Source of the DNA: an uncultured Clostridia bacterium
Lineage (GTDB): Bacteria; Bacillota; Clostridia; Christensenellales; Borkfalkiaceae
Assembly: GCA_944376455.1 (NCBI GenBank)
Contig: CALWCO010000003.1
Location: 12,979 to 76,978, forward strand
DNA length: 64,000 bases
Direction of reading: 5' to 3'
The position numbers were made by a program, and so were the translations under genes. The notes under the pieces are model-generated. The model searched no databases. It was not told the origin of the DNA and saw only the letters and a program-made list of their open reading frames with translations. Positions 9,485 through 18,163 of the stretch are shown here, one piece after another (positions within the stretch are counted from its first letter, which is position 1; each line of letters opens with the position of its first letter).

Positions 9485-11926
9485 TCAGTCGATTTTGGAA
9501 ACGGTATAGCCCGCTTCGGCAACGGCGGCGGACAGCGCGGCAACGTCCGTACCTTCCGCTGCTTCGACGACGGCGGTCTTGTCCTTGAGAATGACCTCCG
9601 CCTTTTCGACCCCCGCCACGCTCTCAAGCGCCTTTGTAACGTGCGCCACGCAGTGCTCGCACATCATGCCTTCCACGTGCAATGTTATTTTCATGGTTTT
9701 CTTCTCCTTTTGATCGGTATTTTTATTTTCCGACGGTTCCGTCCGGTTTTTATCCTTTTTCTCTTTGCGGAAAACGGTGATGCGCAAGGCGTTGCATACG
9801 ACGAAGAGCGAGCTTAAACTCATGCAAGCCGCCGCAATCATGGGGTTGAGCGAAAATCCCGCCCATGCAAACGCGCCCGCCGCCACGGGAATGGCGATAC
9901 AATTGTAAAAGAACGCCCAGAAAAGGTTTTCCTTGATGGTGCGCACCGCCTTGCGGCTGAGGGCAAACATATTGTCGAGCGCGGACAGATCGCCCGACGC
10001 CAGAACGACGTCCGCGGAATCGATGGCAACATCCGTGCCGGTACCCACGGCAATGCCGACGTCCGCCTGTTTGAGCGCGGGGGAATCGTTGATGCCGTCC
10101 CCCACCATGGCGACCGTGCCGCCCATTTGCTGCGCCTTTTCGACGTAACTCAACTTATCTTCGGGCAGCACTTCGGCATAGTATTCCCCTATGCCCGCTT
10201 TTTGCGCAACGGCTTTGGCGACATATTCGTTGTCCCCCGTGAGCATGGCGACCCGGATGCCCCTTTCTTTCAGACATGCCACCGCCGAAACGCTGCTTTC
10301 TTTCAATACGTCGGCGACCGCGAACATCGCAAGCAAACGGTCCTCCTCGGTGAAATAGACGACCGTTTTGCCTTCCCGCAAGAACTCGTCGCCGCGCTCC
10401 GTCCCCTTGACGTTGCCGCAAAGCTTTTTGTTGCCGATGCGATAGGTTTTTCCGCCGCATACGGCGACCGCACCCTGTCCCATGACATAGCGATACGTCT
10501 CCACCTTACAGGTCTTGCCGCAAAATTCACGCACGCAGGATGCCAGAGGGTGATTGGACAAACTCTCGATGCCGCCCGCGATCGAACGCACTTCCTCTTC
10601 ATCGCCCAGGCAGACAAAATCGGTTACCTGCGGTTTGCCTTCGGTCAGCGTCGCCGTCTTGTCGAGCAGGACGCAATTGACCTCCTGCGCCTTCTGCAAC
10701 GCCTCGGCATCCTTATAGAGAATACCCATGCCCGCGCCGCGACCCGTTGCCGCCATGACCGCGACGGGCGTCGCGAGTCCCAAGGAACAGGGGCAGGAAA
10801 TGACGAGGACGGAGACGGCATAGTTCATTGCCTGCGCAATGTCGTTGCCGATCACCAACCAAATAATGAAAGTGAGAAGCGCGATGGCGGTAACCGCGGG
10901 AACAAACACGCCCGCCACCTGATCGGCAACCTTCTGCAAAGGCGCCTTGCTCGCGCCCGCCTCCCGCACCATTTTGATGATGCGCGAAAGCGTGGTCTGT
11001 TCCCCCACTTCGGCGGCGCGCACCTGCACGGCGCCGCTTCTGACGATATTGGCGGAAGTCACCCTGTCCCCCGGTTGCACCTCGACGGGCAAACTTTCAC
11101 CCGTAACCGCCGATTTATCCACAAAGGCGTGCCCGCCGACGACTTCGCCGTCCACGGGGATGTAATCCCCCTGCCGCGCCAGCACGACGTCGCCCACCTG
11201 CAATTCGGAAACGGGAACCACGGATTGGGAGCCGTCCGCAAAGACGAGCGTCGCCGACGAAGGCGCCAGACGGATGAGTTTTTCGATCTCACTGCCCGTG
11301 CGTTTTTTGGAAAGAGCTTCCAGCCATTTGCCGAGCGTAACGAGCGTCAAAATCATGCCCGCCGATTCGAAATAGAGCATGGGTTGTTCCCCTTCGGGCG
11401 AAAGGAACCAAAGAATGACGAGCACCGCACTGTATACATAGGACACCGCCGAACCGAGACTGACGAGCGTATCCATGTTGGGCACGCGCTTGACGAGCGC
11501 GCGGGTCCCGACCGTGAAGAAACGGAAATTCACCGCGACGATCGCCGTGGACAACACCCACTGCACGATCGCACCAACGGCATAGGGCGGCTGCGGCAGA
11601 CCGATCATATGTCCCATGGAGAAGTACATCAATATGAGCAATATGACGGCAGAAACAATGAAACGGATCAAAAGCGTCCTGTCCTCCCGCTTTTCCGCCT
11701 TCACGGGGGCGGCGCCCTCTTCATAGATACCGTACCCCAACGCGCGCACGGCGGAAAAAATCTCCTTTCGGGAAATGAGCGATTCATCATATTCGATCTG
11801 CATGCTCTCCCCCATCAGGGAGACGCTGACCGACGAAACGCCCTGCATTTTTCGGAGCGTATGCTCGATACCGCCCGCGCACGCCGCACAGGTCATGCCG
11901 CTGACGGTAAATTTCTCGTTTTTCAT
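9485..11926 (-). CDS. copA: copper/heavy-metal translocating P1B-type ATPase with N- and C-terminal HMA domains
   Basis: GMTCAACAGG (N-HMA), TGES, CPC (SCPCSLGLATP), DKTATLT, SNHPLA, MLTGDN, GDGINDSPAL, C-terminal MKITLHVEGMMCEHCVAHV. Start set to ATG 11926 behind GAGGAGGA. Confidence 0.93.
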   Translation of the reverse strand: MKNEKFTVSGMTCAACAGGIEHTLRKMQGVSSVSVSLMGESMQIEYDESLISRKEIFSAVRALGYGIYEEGAAPVKAEKREDRTLLIRFIVSAVILLILMYFSMGHMIGLPQPPYAVGAIVQWVLSTAIVAVNFRFFTVGTRALVKRVPNMDTLVSLGSAVSYVYSAVLVILWFLSPEGEQPMLYFESAGMILTLVTLGKWLEALSKKRTGSEIEKLIRLAPSSATLVFADGSQSVVPVSELQVGDVVLARQGDYIPVDGEVVGGHAFVDKSAVTGESLPVEVQPGDRVTSANIVRSGAVQVRAAEVGEQTTLSRIIKMVREAGASKAPLQKVADQVAGVFVPAVTAIALLTFIIWLVIGNDIAQAMNYAVSVLVISCPCSLGLATPVAVMAATGRGAGMGILYKDAEALQKAQEVNCVLLDKTATLTEGKPQVTDFVCLGDEEEVRSIAGGIESLSNHPLASCVREFCGKTCKVETYRYVMGQGAVAVCGGKTYRIGNKKLCGNVKGTERGDEFLREGKTVVYFTEEDRLLAMFAVADVLKESSVSAVACLKERGIRVAMLTGDNEYVAKAVAQKAGIGEYYAEVLPEDKLSYVEKAQQMGGTVAMVGDGINDSPALKQADVGIAVGTGTDVAIDSADVVLASGDLSALDNMFALSRKAVRTIKENLFWAFFYNCIAIPVAAGAFAWAGFSLNPMIAAACMSLSSLFVVCNALRITVFRKEKKDKNRTEPSENKNTDQKEKKTMKITLHVEGMMCEHCVAHVTKALESVAGVEKAEVILKDKTAVVEAAEGTDVAALSAAVAEAGYTVSKID

Positions 11927-12033
11927 TGCAAAATCCTCCTCGCGAGCCATACCCTTACGGCACGGACGCAACAGCCGCGCACAAACCGTGCACGACACGC
12001 CCGCCCCGCATGCCCGCTTGTCGCATCAAAATA

Positions 12034-12363
12034 TTACTGAAACCTGCGAAAAAGATCGACGATTTCATCCACAGCCGCCGTATTGCCTCTTTGTATTTCC
12101 TCGATCATACAGGTATGCATATGCGTATCGAGAATGGCATTGGCAAGCCCTTTGATCGCCTTATCGACCGCCGAAAGCTGAATCAAAATATCGTCGCAAT
12201 AACGGTCCTCTTCCACCATTCTCCCGATGCCGTTCATCTGCCCGACAATGCGGTTGATGCGATTGGAAAGCTGCTTTTTCTCCTCTGCGCTCCGTGCTTG
12301 CTTTTTGTAGCGGCACTCGCAAGCCGACGGCGCACCGCCTTGCATTTCTTTTACTTCTTCCAT
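12034..12363 (-). CDS. csoR: CsoR/RcnR family metal-sensing transcriptional repressor
   Basis: 109-aa ORF; RINRIVGQMNGIGRMVEEDRYCDDILIQLSAV..AILDTHMHTC (DUF156 core with C..H..C ligand pattern); AGGAG 8 nt before ATG. Confidence 0.9.
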   Translation of the reverse strand: MEEVKEMQGGAPSACECRYKKQARSAEEKKQLSNRINRIVGQMNGIGRMVEEDRYCDDILIQLSAVDKAIKGLANAILDTHMHTCMIEEIQRGNTAAVDEIVDLFRRFQ

Positions 12364-12379
12364 TACACATTCTCCTTTT

Positions 12380-12396
12380 ATACCCTTATGGGGTAT
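12380..12396. promoter_or_regulatory. CsoR-type operator candidate (ATACCC-TTATG-GGGTAT); a degenerate second site lies at 12410-12427
   Basis: GC-tract inverted repeat between the predicted -10 and the csoR start. It resembles published CsoR operators (TACCC..GGGTA type), recalled from memory. Confidence 0.55.
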
Positions 12397-12404
12397 TTAT
12401 GTTT

Positions 12405-12433
12405 ATTATATACCCCTTGAGGCATATTGTCAA
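12405..12433 (-). promoter_or_regulatory. sigma-A type promoter for csoR-copA
   Basis: Minus strand reads TTGACA (12433-12428), a 17-nt spacer, then TATAAT (12410-12405). Confidence 0.7.
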
Positions 12434-12854
12434 GCGTTTGAAGACAAAAAAAACAAAAACGATCTCCCGCGACAGAAAGAGACCGTTTTTTTCTACCCTA
12501 TTTTTTCTGATTTTTCTACAGCGAGCCCGACAGCGACAGAACCGGACCGCGTGTATATGGTTATATTATACTGATTTTTTTCATAAAAATCCATACCAAA
12601 ATTGTCGTATTTTAAAATTTTTACCCATCAATTTTGTCGGATTTTCAACTTTTTACCGCCCTCTTTTTCCCGCATGTTTCCTCACTGAACAACTTTTTTG
12701 CTTTTCACTCGAGAACAAAACCCCTCTTGCGTACACCGCTCTTATTCCGCTCCGCAATGTTGCACGCAAAACGGATCCCAATTGCAATGGTTTAGCAATG
12801 GTTTAGCAATTTTCAATCAAAAGAGTAGCACCATGCCCGAGTTAAAGCCCATAT

Positions 12855-12886
12855 ACAAAAAGATACCCGACAAAACAGTCGGGTAT
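12855..12886 (-). terminator. rho-independent terminator after the secreted-protein gene
   Basis: Stem ATACCCGAC/GTCGGGTAT (12863-12886) followed on the minus strand by CTTTTTGT. Confidence 0.7.
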
Positions 12887-12894
12887 ACGCTTAT

Positions 12895-13398
12895 TCAGGA
12901 AAGGACCGTCCCGTTTGCCGAGATATGAAAAGTGTCCGTTTCTTTATAATTGAGCGAACCGTTGTCGGCCTGATACATGAGTTGCGCCCGCCAATACCGT
13001 TCCCGCCCGCCGATGGAAGCGGTTGCCGAAATGGATTTTCCCGTATCCAGATCTCCGATCGAATTCTGCGCTTCAAGCGTCATCTGGGAAATGTTTTCGG
13101 TGTATGTCGCCGAGGAATAAAGCCGCACGACCGTATATACCGTTGACAACGGAAAAGTAAAATCGTTTTTGGCTTCCGCGCGGACGGATGTAGAGTCGGC
13201 ATAGAGATTCAGGGACATGTTGACGATCCAAGCGCGGGGAGACGTTTCGTCGGACTGCTCAACAACCGAAGTCATTCCCGTGCTCGCTCCGTCATCCGCC
13301 GTCGCGTTCACCGAAACGGCGTTCGATGCGCACATGGGTACCGCGAACAATGCGAATGCCGCCATTGCCGAAAGGCAAATTTTCTTCAGATTTTTCAT
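12895..13398 (-). CDS. small secreted protein of unknown function (signal peptide)
   Basis: 167-aa ORF; MKNLKKICLSAMAAFALFAVPMCASNA signal-like N-terminus; Ser/Thr/Asn-rich mature part; 4-nt overlap with the upstream XRE gene; no family recognised. Confidence 0.6.
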   Translation of the reverse strand: MKNLKKICLSAMAAFALFAVPMCASNAVSVNATADDGASTGMTSVVEQSDETSPRAWIVNMSLNLYADSTSVRAEAKNDFTFPLSTVYTVVRLYSSATYTENISQMTLEAQNSIGDLDTGKSISATASIGGRERYWRAQLMYQADNGSLNYKETDTFHISANGTVLS

Positions 13399-14033
13399 TT
13401 TTTCTTTTTCCTCCTGTATTTTAATATATTACGAACAAGCACCGCGGCAACGACTACAATCAACACAATGAGCAAAATGCCGCCGATGAATTCGGGCCAA
13501 TTGACATAAGTAGACGATACGCTTTGCACAAGCGTTTCGTCGGCGGGGAACCAAACATTATGAAACATCAGGAACAAGAGCCCGACAAGGGCGCCCAACG
13601 TTACAACGCCGAGCGATATGCACAACGCCAAATACTTGCCGGACAAAGGGCTTCGAATGCCTTCCGCCGAACGCGATGCGGAGGAAGAAGTTTCCGGACG
13701 CTGCAAGCAATCGAAAGACACACCCGCCTCGTCGCAAGCAAACGGGCAATCCGTTTCCCCTTCCGTCAAACAGGCGGAGGGCGCAATTTCGTCTCGATCG
13801 AGCGTTTCGGCATCGGCACCCGCGAGAGTTTCAAACTCCTCCTGCGTCACAAAAAACTGGACGGGCACTTCGACGACCTTGCACAATTGGGAAAACTGTG
13901 CCACGTCGGGCAAGCCTTTGTCACGCTCCCAACGTGACAGAGTCTGTACCGACACGTTCAGTTTATCCGAAAGCTCTTCCTGCGTTAATTTTTTCCTTTT
14001 TCTGATTTTCGTCAGTTTTTCTCCGAACGTCAT
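13395..14033 (-). CDS. membrane-anchored XRE-family HTH regulator (HTH, Cys-rich linker, 2 TM segments)
   Basis: Start set to ATG 14033 (MTFGEKLTKIRKRKKLTQEELSDKLNVSVQTLSRWERDKGLPD). Linker has C-x8-C-x3-C-x8-C. TM segments YLALCISLGVVTLGALVGLLFLMF and IGGILLIVLIVVVAAVLV. Confidence 0.75.
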   Translation of the reverse strand: MTFGEKLTKIRKRKKLTQEELSDKLNVSVQTLSRWERDKGLPDVAQFSQLCKVVEVPVQFFVTQEEFETLAGADAETLDRDEIAPSACLTEGETDCPFACDEAGVSFDCLQRPETSSSASRSAEGIRSPLSGKYLALCISLGVVTLGALVGLLFLMFHNVWFPADETLVQSVSSTYVNWPEFIGGILLIVLIVVVAAVLVRNILKYRRKKKK

Positions 14034-14061
14034 AGTTATCTCCGCGAAAGTTTTCCCGATT

Positions 14062-14090
14062 ATTATAACACAGCGCACAGAAAAAAGCAA
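14062..14090 (-). promoter_or_regulatory. promoter candidate for the XRE/secreted-protein operon
   Basis: Minus strand reads TTGCTT, a 17-nt spacer, then TGT-TATAAT (extended -10), about 30 nt upstream of the ATG. Confidence 0.55.
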
Positions 14091-14901
14091 GTTTCAACGA
14101 AACAAAAAAGAAAATTTACCCATCTTTTCATCTTTTTGCACTCTTTCGCAAGCAACGACGATTACGTTTTGCAAATTTTCCCTCCCCGCCTGCTTTACAT
14201 TCAAAAAATTCGGGCGCGAAACATTCAGCCCTTCATGTGAGCCCTGCCCTTCGTCTCGTCCCGTCTGCGCTGCAAAAAACGCCACATTTCAATGCCCGTT
14301 TATTCTGCCGCAAAACACAAAAGCATAAAAGCCGCAAGCGCCCGCACTGCCATGCAAAAAATAATGGAGGAAAAACTTTCAATACGGTCAAGAAATGCAA
14401 AAAGGAACGCCTCTCTCCATAAATGGTTTTACAAAAAACTGTTTTATCTTGCCCGTTCGTTTTCCGTCACACCTTCCCCGGAAAGCATCCCCCCTTTTTG
14501 CGCACATTGCTTTACTCCCCTCGTCTCCGCGTCCTTTCTCCTGTCCTATCTTGCAATGAGCATATGCAGAGCCTATATTTTTCACAATTGCATAAAAGCA
14601 ATATATTCCATAATATATGCGACTTATGACATATGCGTCCGCGTGCAGTTCGGCGCATTTTAATCGGGTTGCGCCTTCGCCTGCACGAAAACACATATGT
14701 TTTGAGAAAAATACGAGATAAACAGACCAAAAACGGATGCTTCTTTCATACTTTTAGAAGGCATTATATTGCATATACACCTCTCAAAAAAACGAAAAAA
14801 GAGAAAATAAGGTTCACCTGAAACGGACAGAACGCGAAAAAAGACAGAACGCGGAATGCGCCCTGCCTTTCAAACGTCCGATGGAAAGAAACGGATCTTT
14901 T

Positions 14902-15093
14902 TCAGGCCTTTTTCTTTTCGTCCTGGCTTACGACCTCTTTGCCGTCATAGTAGCCGCAATTGGCGCACACGGCGTGCGCGACTTTCAGCTCGTGGCAATG
15001 CGGGCACTCCACCAGTGTGGGAGCCGTTGCCTTGAAGTTGGCAAATCTGGTATTGGTTCTCTGTTTGGATTGTTTTCTCTTGGGAACTGCCAT
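14902..15093 (-). CDS. rpmF: 50S ribosomal protein L32
   Basis: MAVPKRKQSKQRTNTR.. with CPHC..CANC zinc ribbon; 63 aa. Confidence 0.95.
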   Translation of the reverse strand: MAVPKRKQSKQRTNTRFANFKATAPTLVECPHCHELKVAHAVCANCGYYDGKEVVSQDEKKKA

Positions 15094-15136
15094 TTTCTAT
15101 ACACCTCTTTCTCTTTGAAATAAATTCCGCGTTTTT

Positions 15137-15562
15137 TTATTCCGTCCGTTCGTTCGTTGCCGCATACTCGATCCCCGCACAATTTTCATCGCACAAGAGG
15201 ACGTACGGCATACTGAGCATCACGGCGTCCTTCACGCTCTGATCGAGCGAGATGACGTCCCGTTCATAGGAATATTCCTCGTCCTGCGGCTCGTCTTTGA
15301 CGAAGCAGGGGTTCCATTCCCCCTCCATCCGTTTTTCAACGGTTTTCAGGCAACGGGAACAGGCACCGCGCAAAAGATAACGCACTTTGCCCGTGATTTC
15401 CAGCGCATCGTCCTCCATCAGACGATAGGTCCCGTCGACACGGATTTCCGACGCCGCCTCCGTCAAAGGCAAGGTCACCGCATCGTTGTCGGGCGGCAGG
15501 GTAAAGTGCAATTCACCCTCATATCTGCGCTCTGCTTTCAGTTTGCGAATGTCGATTATCAT
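15137..15562 (-). CDS. yceD: YceD/DUF177 family protein (large-subunit assembly factor-like), upstream partner of rpmF
   Basis: 141-aa acidic ORF with CSRC..C and C-terminal CDENCAG motif; conserved position directly upstream of rpmF. Confidence 0.8.
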   Translation of the reverse strand: MIIDIRKLKAERRYEGELHFTLPPDNDAVTLPLTEAASEIRVDGTYRLMEDDALEITGKVRYLLRGACSRCLKTVEKRMEGEWNPCFVKDEPQDEEYSYERDVISLDQSVKDAVMLSMPYVLLCDENCAGIEYAATNERTE

Positions 15563-15576
15563 AAACTAACGGCGAT

Positions 15577-15605
15577 ATTATAATATATCTTTTTTGCCTT
15601 GTCAA
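15577..15605 (-). promoter_or_regulatory. consensus sigma-A promoter for yceD-rpmF
   Basis: Minus strand reads TTGACA (15605-15600), a 17-nt spacer, then TATAAT (15582-15577). Confidence 0.75.
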
Positions 15606-15738
15606 CTCATTTTGGCGCGTTGCGGCGGATTTTTATGCCTTTCAGGGCGAAAAAGCCGACGCGCGCCGCAAAAACTTCTTTCCGCACAACGGCACGATCA
15701 CGCAACGACCCACCCACGCAACGGCGCGGGAAACGACG

Positions 15739-16941
15739 TCAGTGTACCAACGCCAGCGTTTCGCGGGCGATGACCAGTTCTTCGTTGGTGGGAATGACAA
15801 GCACTTTGACTTTGGAATCGGGAGCAGAGATCTCGCGGATCGAGCCGTCGTTCTTGCCCGCGTTCTTCGCCGCGTCGAGTTTCACGCCCAAAAATTCCAG
15901 GCCTTCGCATACGCCCGCACGCACGAAAGGCGTGTTTTCGCCCACGCCGGCGGTGAAGACGATGCAGTCGACGCCGCCCATCGCGGCGGCATAGGAACCG
16001 ACGAATTTCTTGCACTGGTAGTTGAACATATCGAGCGCGAGTTTGCAACGCTCGTTGCCTGCTTCCGCGCCCGCGCTCAGATCCCTGAAGTCGCTCGAAA
16101 CGCCGGAAATCCCCGCCACGCCACATTTTTTATTGAGATATGTAATGATCTCCGCATGGCTCAGTCCCTTCTTGCGGGCGAGGAATTCGACTGCCGACGC
16201 ATCCACGTCGCCCGAACGGGTACCCATCATCACGCCCGCAAGCGGCGTGAAGCCCATGGAAGTATCCACGCACTTGCCGCCCTTGACCGCCGAAATCGAC
16301 GAGCCGTTGCCGAGGTGGCAAGTCACGACTTTGAAATTTGCCTCCCCTTCTTTGCCGCAATATTTCGCCGCCTCCTGGGACACGAATTTATGCGACGTGC
16401 CGTGCGCACCGTACTTTCTCACGCCATAGGCCTTATAATCCTCATAGGCGATGCCGTAAAGATAGGCTTCGGGCGGCATGGTCTGATGGAAGGAGGTGTC
16501 GAAGACGAGCACCATCGGAGTCTTCGGCATTACCTGCATGCAGGCGCGCAGTCCCGTCGCCGCCGCGGGATTGTGCAGGGGGGCCAGTTCGAAAGTCTTT
16601 TCTTCCAGCGTCTTCAACACCTCGTCGTCCACCAGGACGGAGTGTTTGAAGAACTCGCCGCTCGCCACGATGCGGTGCCCGACGGCAGAAATCTCGTCCA
16701 TATGCGCGATGACGCCGATCTCATCGTCCTGCAATGCGTGCAGAACCAGTTCGATGGCCACTTTATGATCGGGAATATCCTGTTCGTATACCTTTTCTTT
16801 TCCGTTGCCCTTGGCCTTCAGCAAGGAACCCGCGATGCCGATGCGCTCGCAACCGCCCTTGGCGACCACGCTCTCCGTATCCATGTCGATGAGCTGATAT
16901 TTCAAAGACGAACTGCCGGCATTTACGACTAAAATTTTCAT
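15739..16941 (-). CDS. ackA: acetate kinase
   Basis: Start set to ATG 16941 (MKILVVNAGSSSLKYQLIDM). The 89 upstream ORF-track residues are low-complexity and overlap the pta 3' region. Confidence 0.95.
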   Translation of the reverse strand: MKILVVNAGSSSLKYQLIDMDTESVVAKGGCERIGIAGSLLKAKGNGKEKVYEQDIPDHKVAIELVLHALQDDEIGVIAHMDEISAVGHRIVASGEFFKHSVLVDDEVLKTLEEKTFELAPLHNPAAATGLRACMQVMPKTPMVLVFDTSFHQTMPPEAYLYGIAYEDYKAYGVRKYGAHGTSHKFVSQEAAKYCGKEGEANFKVVTCHLGNGSSISAVKGGKCVDTSMGFTPLAGVMMGTRSGDVDASAVEFLARKKGLSHAEIITYLNKKCGVAGISGVSSDFRDLSAGAEAGNERCKLALDMFNYQCKKFVGSYAAAMGGVDCIVFTAGVGENTPFVRAGVCEGLEFLGVKLDAAKNAGKNDGSIREISAPDSKVKVLVIPTNEELVIARETLALVH

Positions 16942-17014
16942 GTTCCGTTTCTCCCCTTTCGGATAATCTATAATTTTTTCTTTCTTTATTGAACAATCGG
17001 AATCTGTCCGACGA

Positions 17015-18022
17015 TCATTTCGCCTGCAAAGCGGTGATCGCCACCGTGGCGACGATGTCCTCGGTGCAGCAGCCGCGCGACAGATCGTTGAGCGGTTTGG
17101 CAAAGCCCTGGCAGATGGGACCGAACGCCATGAATCCGCCGAGACGCTCGGCGATCTTATAACCGATGTTGCCCGCATTGATGTCGGGGAAGACGAGCAC
17201 GTTGGCATGCCCCGCCACCGTAGAGGAAGGCGCCTTCACCGCCGCGACTTTGGGTACGATGGCCGAATCGAACTGCAATTCGCCGTCGACCTTCAGTCCC
17301 GGTTCGCGCTCCTTGACGATCTCCACCGCCTGTTGCATCTTGGTTACGGTATCCTGATATTTCTTATCGTTGCCACTGCCGTGCGACGAGAAGGAAAGCA
17401 TGGCGACGGCGGGATCGAGCTCGGCGATCTCCCGCGCGGTTTCCGCCGACGACATGGCGATTTCGGCGATTTCTTCCGCCGAAGGGCAGATGTTCAGAGC
17501 GCAGTCCCCGAACACGAGCGCGCCGTCGGGCGCGAACTCGTTGCCGCCGTCGGGCGCAACCAGAACGAAACAACTCGACACCAGCTTGGTGCCGGGCGCG
17601 GTCTTGATGACCTGCAAGCCGGGACGGAGCGTGTTCGCCGTGGAGTGGCAGGCGCCCGAAACATAGCCGTCCACATCCCCGTTCTTGAGCATCAGCGCGC
17701 CGAACATCGTGCGATCGTGCGCCTGGCGCAAGGCTTCTTCTTCGGTCATTCCTTTGGCTTTTCTCAGCTCATACAATATCTTGGCATATTCCGCCGTCTT
17801 TTCGGACGTATCGGGATCGATGAGCGTCACGCCCGTCAAATCGACCCCGGGCGCGACCTTCTCGCATTCCGCTTTGTTCCCCACGAGCACGATTTTCGCG
17901 ATGCCCTCTTTGGTGACCTGCGCGGCCGCTTCCACGACGCGCTTGTCCTCGCCTTCGCAAAGGACGATGGTCTTCTGCGCCGCTCTGGCGCGTTCCTTGA
18001 TCTTCGTCAATAAATCTGCCAT
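17015..18022 (-). CDS. pta: phosphate acetyltransferase
   Basis: 335-aa ORF; MADLLTKIKERA..IVLCEGEDKRVVEAA..; C-terminal LSRGCCTEDIV typical of Pta. Confidence 0.93.
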   Translation of the reverse strand: MADLLTKIKERARAAQKTIVLCEGEDKRVVEAAAQVTKEGIAKIVLVGNKAECEKVAPGVDLTGVTLIDPDTSEKTAEYAKILYELRKAKGMTEEEALRQAHDRTMFGALMLKNGDVDGYVSGACHSTANTLRPGLQVIKTAPGTKLVSSCFVLVAPDGGNEFAPDGALVFGDCALNICPSAEEIAEIAMSSAETAREIAELDPAVAMLSFSSHGSGNDKKYQDTVTKMQQAVEIVKEREPGLKVDGELQFDSAIVPKVAAVKAPSSTVAGHANVLVFPDINAGNIGYKIAERLGGFMAFGPICQGFAKPLNDLSRGCCTEDIVATVAITALQAK

Positions 18023-18163
18023 TTTCTCTGTTTCCTCCTGTCGGATTCTTAAACCGAATGTTTTTCTCTTTACTTACACAGAAAAGTATGTTATACTTTT
18101 CGCAAAGAATATTTAGGAATATTTCTATTATACTACCCTTTTTATCAATTGTAAAGTAATTTT

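Noticed and set aside
15739-17208. Long N-terminal extensions in the ORF track for ackA, and likewise for the Cof hydrolase, galE, glmM, rpsO, relA, tgt, the XRE regulator and the transporter.
   Set aside because: The extensions are Arg/Ser/Pro-rich and overlap upstream genes or terminators. In each case an internal ATG preceded by a Shine-Dalgarno sequence starts exactly at the conserved family N-terminus.
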